This document shows positions 59,631 through 64,000 of a DNA stretch of 64,000 bases, piece by piece. This DNA comes from an uncultured bacterium (GTDB lineage Bacteria; Oederibacteriota; Oederibacteriia; Oederibacteriales; Oederibacteriaceae): NCBI GenBank assembly GCA_965112635.1, contig OZ218778.1, positions 1,984,001 through 2,048,000 on the forward strand. The letters are read 5' to 3'. The position numbers were made by a program, and so were the translations under genes. The stretch's first letter is position 1. Every line of letters begins with the position of its first letter. Under the pieces are notes generated by a model. It was not told the DNA's origin and ran no database searches. It was given only the letters and a program-made list of their open reading frames with translations.

Positions 59631-61640
59631 ATGAGTAGAGAAAAGCGGAGGCAATTAATAGCTTTTTTTATCGGGCTAGGCATCACCGTGTTGATCATTC
59701 TGGCAAGCTTCATGGATATCTTTGAAAGGCAAGAGCTCAAGCTGCTCGACCTGTGGTTCACCACGCGAGGTCCGCTTTCTGTCCAAGACAAACCGAGTTT
59801 GAGCCGGATTGTCATCGTATCCATTGACGACGCTTCCTTCAGGGAACTTAACCGGCGCTGGCCTTGGCCGAGGCAATGGCACGGCGAGCTTGCCAAAAAA
59901 CTCAAAGCAATGGGTGCCCAGATCACCGCCTTCGATGTCGCTTTTACAGAGTCGACCGAGCAGGAAGACTTCAACCAGAACTTGCTCGGTAACCTGAAAG
60001 ATTCCACGGATAGTTTGATCGCAAAACATTTGGCCAAGGTCAAAGGGTCCGTCCTCAAGCCGTTCAAGGAAGATCTGGACCAGCTTTTCATCAAACCAAA
60101 GACGGGGATGCAGGACCAGCTCTTTGCCCGCGATATCAAGGAGGCGGAAAATGTCATCCTGAGCGGGATGTATTCTGAAGACGACCAGCGGCTTGAATTG
60201 CCGGTTCCGGTCCTGGCCGAAAGCTGTCTGGGGGTTTCACTGGCGAATGTCAATGAGGATTTGGATAGCTTTAACAGGCGGATGGGGGCTTTGCGGAGCG
60301 TCGATAATAAATTGTACCTTCCAACCGCCTTAAAGGTCTATTTGGTCTCCGAAAATAAACAGCTGGAAAAAGCGGAACTTCAGCCAGGACAACTAGTCCT
60401 CAGCCTGGCCGAAGAAGAGGTGTCCGCCCAAAAAGAGAAGATCCTAATCCATCAAAAGTTGCGCATTCCCGTTGACGCCAAAGGACAGATGTTGATCAAT
60501 TTCGCGGGGGTGTCAGGTTCGATCTCCACGATCCCTTTTTACAAAATTTACAATAATGAGATCGGCGCGGAGCAGATCAAGGATAAGGTCGTATTCGTGG
60601 GTTCTACAACTCCGATCTTGCATGACGTTTTTTCAACGCCTTTCAAGCACATGCCAGGGGTGGAGCTCATCGCCAATGCCTATCGGACGCTGGTGGACGA
60701 AGATTTTATAAGGAAGATCAAGCCATCCACCCAATTCTGGGCGTTACTGTTTCTCGGCGCGCTGACCAGCATTTTATTGCTCAGCTTCAATCCTATTTTG
60801 GGTTTGGTCTTTACGGGTGTAATCATGCTCGGCGTTTTATTCACTGCCTGTTATCTGTTCCTTGCGCAGAATGTCTGGTGGCCTATTGCCGATGCCCTTT
60901 GGCTTATCTTTTTATGTTATGTCGGCATTATCCTTTTCAAGGTTTTGATCGAAGAAAGAGAGAAAAGGAAGATCAGGGGGGTGTTCAGCCGTTATGTCTC
61001 GAAGCAGGTCGTGGAGGAGCTGTTGAAAAATCCCGAGGAGTTAAAAATGGGCGGCAATAAACAGCACGTGACCATCCTGTTCTCGGACATCCGTTCTTTT
61101 ACCTCCATGTCGGAGAAGATGGCCCCTGAAGAAGTTGTCCACATCCTGAATGAGTATCTTGCGGCGATGGTGGATATTGTGTTCAAAAATGGCGGGACTT
61201 TGGATAAATTTGTTGGCGACGCGGTCATGGCAACGTTTGGAGTGCCCAAGCCTCATCCGGATGATGCTTTTAGGGCGGTCAAGACAGCTATGGATATGAT
61301 GGCGGAATTAGGGAAGCTTCAGGCCAAGTGGCGTTCTGAGGGGAAGAATCCCTTTGATATTGGTATCGGGATCAACTCGGGCGATGTTGTCGTGGGCAAT
61401 ATGGGCTCGCCCCAACGGATGGAATTTACCGTTATAGGTGATAATGTTAACCTGGCCTCTAGAATGGAGAGCTTGAATAAAGAGTTTCACGCTCATGTCC
61501 TTATCAGCGGACAGACCTATGAACTGGTCAAAGATAGGGTAGAGGTCCGTTACGCCGGCGAAACAAAGGTGAAGGGCAAAGAAGAGTCTGTGCACGTTTA
61601 TGAGCTATTAAAAATGCTAGAGGCCCCAGCAAAGGCGTAA
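59631..61640 (+). CDS. CHASE2-domain adenylate/guanylate cyclase
   Basis: IVIVSIDD..WPWPR..FDV (CHASE2), 3 TM, LFSDIRSFT, DKFVGDAVMA, GDNVNLASR. Confidence 0.93.
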   Translation: MSREKRRQLIAFFIGLGITVLIILASFMDIFERQELKLLDLWFTTRGPLSVQDKPSLSRIVIVSIDDASFRELNRRWPWPRQWHGELAKKLKAMGAQITAFDVAFTESTEQEDFNQNLLGNLKDSTDSLIAKHLAKVKGSVLKPFKEDLDQLFIKPKTGMQDQLFARDIKEAENVILSGMYSEDDQRLELPVPVLAESCLGVSLANVNEDLDSFNRRMGALRSVDNKLYLPTALKVYLVSENKQLEKAELQPGQLVLSLAEEEVSAQKEKILIHQKLRIPVDAKGQMLINFAGVSGSISTIPFYKIYNNEIGAEQIKDKVVFVGSTTPILHDVFSTPFKHMPGVELIANAYRTLVDEDFIRKIKPSTQFWALLFLGALTSILLLSFNPILGLVFTGVIMLGVLFTACYLFLAQNVWWPIADALWLIFLCYVGIILFKVLIEEREKRKIRGVFSRYVSKQVVEELLKNPEELKMGGNKQHVTILFSDIRSFTSMSEKMAPEEVVHILNEYLAAMVDIVFKNGGTLDKFVGDAVMATFGVPKPHPDDAFRAVKTAMDMMAELGKLQAKWRSEGKNPFDIGIGINSGDVVVGNMGSPQRMEFTVIGDNVNLASRMESLNKEFHAHVLISGQTYELVKDRVEVRYAGETKVKGKEESVHVYELLKMLEAPAKA

Positions 61641-61701
61641 GTTCAAGGCGTATGGTTTGGGGACCATCGAGACCGGATTTTCTTGTTCATGAGGAGCTAT
61701 T

Positions 61702-64000
61702 TTGTATTTTAAAAATTTGAGGATCAGTGGATTCAAATCTTTTGTAGATACCACCGAGATCAATTTTGAGCCGGGCATTACCGCGATCGTGGGGCCCAAC
61801 GGATGCGGGAAGAGTAATATTCTGGATTCCATACGGTGGGTCCTTGGCGAGCAGGGTTTAAAAGCCATCCGCTGCAACCAGATGGAAGATGTTATTTTTA
61901 ATGGTTCAGCACAACGCAAGCCCATCGGTATGGCCGAAGTTTCCCTGACCATCAACAATGAAGCAAAGGTCCTGCCAATTGATTTTTCCGAGGTCACCGT
62001 GACCCGTCGTTTGTTCAGAGGCGGGGAAAGCGAATATCTGATCAACAAAGCTCTCTGCCGCCTGAAAGATGTCCAGGAATTGTTCATGGATACCGGTCTG
62101 GGAACCGACGCTTATTCGATCTTTGAGCAGGGGAAGATGGATTTCATTCTCAATTCAAAACCCACGGAACGGCGCTCTATATTCGAAGAGGCGGCAGGTA
62201 TCAGCAAGTATAAGTTTAGACGTGAAGAGACCCTGCGGAAGCTGGAAGCCACGGAACAGAATTTATTGCGGATCAACGATATCGTTCTGGAGAACCGGAG
62301 GCAGATCAATTCGCTCGAAAGGCAGGCAAAAAAAGCAGAAAAGTTCCGACAACTCAAAAATGAGCTGGAACAACTTGACCTTAAACTGGGACAGTTCAAG
62401 GTCAGGGCCATGTCCAGCGAGTTGGCCGGGCTTCAAGAGGTCGCAAAAAATTTGCAGGGGGAATTGCACCGGATAGAACTGGCCAGTTATGAGAAAGAGA
62501 ACGAACAAAAAGCAGGCCAGGAAAAACTCAGGAAAGTACAAGATTATCTTTCGGAACTGCAGAAAGATATTTATCTGGCCAGTTCGCAGGAGCAGAGTTT
62601 ACAGACACAAAAAGAGGTCTCGCGGGAGAAGATCAATAACCTTGACAATAAGAGACAGGAAACTTTCCGGTTGATTGAGGTCACCAAGGTGCGGGCTCAG
62701 CAGTTAAAAGAATTGCTGGAAACCCTTAAAGAACAAGATCTTGTGCTGACCGCCCAGATCAAGCAGGATGAGGAAAGCTCCGACAAGTGCCAACAAGAGA
62801 TCAGTGCCTCCAAAGCGGAAATCGAGAGGTTGAATCAGGAGAAAAACAGGATTGCGGCGGAAGTGACCGAGTTAAGACAAAAGCAGTTTTCCGCCAAGAA
62901 CGAAATAGTTCGGACGGAACAGAGTATCCGGCACGAAGAGCTGGAGATCAACCGGTTCACCCTGGAAGTCAACAAGGTCAAAGAAAAAAGGGACCAGGGT
63001 GATGTTTTCATCAACAGGCTCTCCCTGGAAGATGAAGCCTGCCAACAGCAGCTGGATCAGATTGAAGCCAAATCCAAGGACCTGCAGGAGCAGTTGTCGC
63101 GCCTTGAGCAGGTTTTAACGACTTTGGAAACCATGCTGGAGCAGCTACGGAAAGAATATGTCACGACAAGTTCGAAGCTAGAGTTTCTTGAGCAGATGGA
63201 AAGTTCGCAGCAGGGAATTGAAGAGGGGGCCAGGAATTTATTAAGGACTCCCCCGGATCAACTGAAGGATGTTTTTAGGGTTCTGGCCGATGTCGTTTCC
63301 GTCGATGCCGACAAAGAGAAGGTGCTTGAGGTTTTCCTCGGCCCGAAATTGCAAGCGCTCCTTACCGATGATGCAGAGATGGTCTGGTCGGCCATGATGT
63401 ATCTAAAGGAGAAAAAACTAGGACGAGCATTTTTTGTGGACCCCGAGTTCCTCAAAACATTCTCCCCCAAAGAGAACCTCCCGGAAGTCATCCTGCAGTC
63501 ATCCGGTGTCCTTGGTTGTCTGAGGGATTTTGTCAAAGTAGAAGAGGATTACAAACCAATTGTCGAAGGCCTGCTGGGAGAAACCCTTTTGGTGGAAGAC
63601 CTAGAAAAAGCCAGAATTATCCTCCATGGAGCCACCGCACCGCTTTCAATCGTGACCCTTAATGGCGAGGTGTTGCGTCAAGATGGCATTGTTGAAGGGG
63701 GGCTATTTGCTCCTGTTCACGGCGGACTTTTATCTAGAGAGAGGGAAATCAGGAATTTAAAACAGGAATCAGAGAGGCTGCAGAGGGCAATCCTGGACTC
63801 CGAGGGCGAACAAGCCAAGACTTTGACCCAGGCAAAGGCGCTGGAAGAAGAACTCAATGCTTTAAAAGCGAACCAGCAAGAGACGCAGATACTAGTCGCC
63901 AAGCTGGAGAAAGAAAAGAGTTTAGGGCTAGAACAAAAACAAAAGGTCGGCGAGGAGGAGACAGTTCTTCTGGCCGGAATCAAGGAAGCAAAAGGCAGGT
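61702..64000 (+). CDS. smc: chromosome segregation protein SMC (runs off the window)
   Basis: TTG start; YFKNLRISGFKSF, IVGPNGCGKSNI, FEEAAGISKY, long coiled coil. Confidence 0.95.
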   Translation, partial: MYFKNLRISGFKSFVDTTEINFEPGITAIVGPNGCGKSNILDSIRWVLGEQGLKAIRCNQMEDVIFNGSAQRKPIGMAEVSLTINNEAKVLPIDFSEVTVTRRLFRGGESEYLINKALCRLKDVQELFMDTGLGTDAYSIFEQGKMDFILNSKPTERRSIFEEAAGISKYKFRREETLRKLEATEQNLLRINDIVLENRRQINSLERQAKKAEKFRQLKNELEQLDLKLGQFKVRAMSSELAGLQEVAKNLQGELHRIELASYEKENEQKAGQEKLRKVQDYLSELQKDIYLASSQEQSLQTQKEVSREKINNLDNKRQETFRLIEVTKVRAQQLKELLETLKEQDLVLTAQIKQDEESSDKCQQEISASKAEIERLNQEKNRIAAEVTELRQKQFSAKNEIVRTEQSIRHEELEINRFTLEVNKVKEKRDQGDVFINRLSLEDEACQQQLDQIEAKSKDLQEQLSRLEQVLTTLETMLEQLRKEYVTTSSKLEFLEQMESSQQGIEEGARNLLRTPPDQLKDVFRVLADVVSVDADKEKVLEVFLGPKLQALLTDDAEMVWSAMMYLKEKKLGRAFFVDPEFLKTFSPKENLPEVILQSSGVLGCLRDFVKVEEDYKPIVEGLLGETLLVEDLEKARIILHGATAPLSIVTLNGEVLRQDGIVEGGLFAPVHGGLLSREREIRNLKQESERLQRAILDSEGEQAKTLTQAKALEEELNALKANQQETQILVAKLEKEKSLGLEQKQKVGEEETVLLAGIKEAKGR

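Overview
Bacterial chromosomal window (moderate GC, diderm; the pilin, PorV-like and Thr-rich/CTD proteins loosely suggest an uncultured Elusimicrobia/FCPU426-like lineage, which is inference only). 1-7.8 kb: Tad/type IV pilus genes (CpaF end, two tandem PilB/GspE ATPases, TadB, TadC, tRNA-Asn, pilin). 10.3-17.1 kb: a putative trans-envelope partner-switching operon (barrel-TPR, beta-propeller-OmpA, HAMP-PP2C, STAS-kinase fusion). 19-24.5 kb and 42.4-52.5 kb: carbohydrate-active and dehydrogenase genes, three of them frameshifted. 24.6-42.4 kb: an accessory island. It opens with a 19-copy TGTCC(G/A)YAAA array upstream of a membrane-anchored wHTH gene and a secretin. It continues with co-oriented cargo (M48 peptidase, TIR-like, AbiV-like, XRE, AAA, Phd-RelE, truncated HNH-like, wHTH, CoiA-like), an ISL3, and one intact plus one remnant IS110. 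The intergenic DNA of the island is a mosaic of recurrent modules: three copies of the secretin 3' end, a repeated promoter, a GGGGTC-REP-like element that truncates genes and is targeted by IS110, a 22-bp palindrome, and a fixed 35-bp inverted-repeat unit followed by a covarying GTTGA...TCAAC hairpin. 52.7-64 kb: core operon yceD-rpmF-plsX-fabH-fabD-fabG-acpP-fabF-rnc, a CHASE2 adenylate cyclase and the start of smc.
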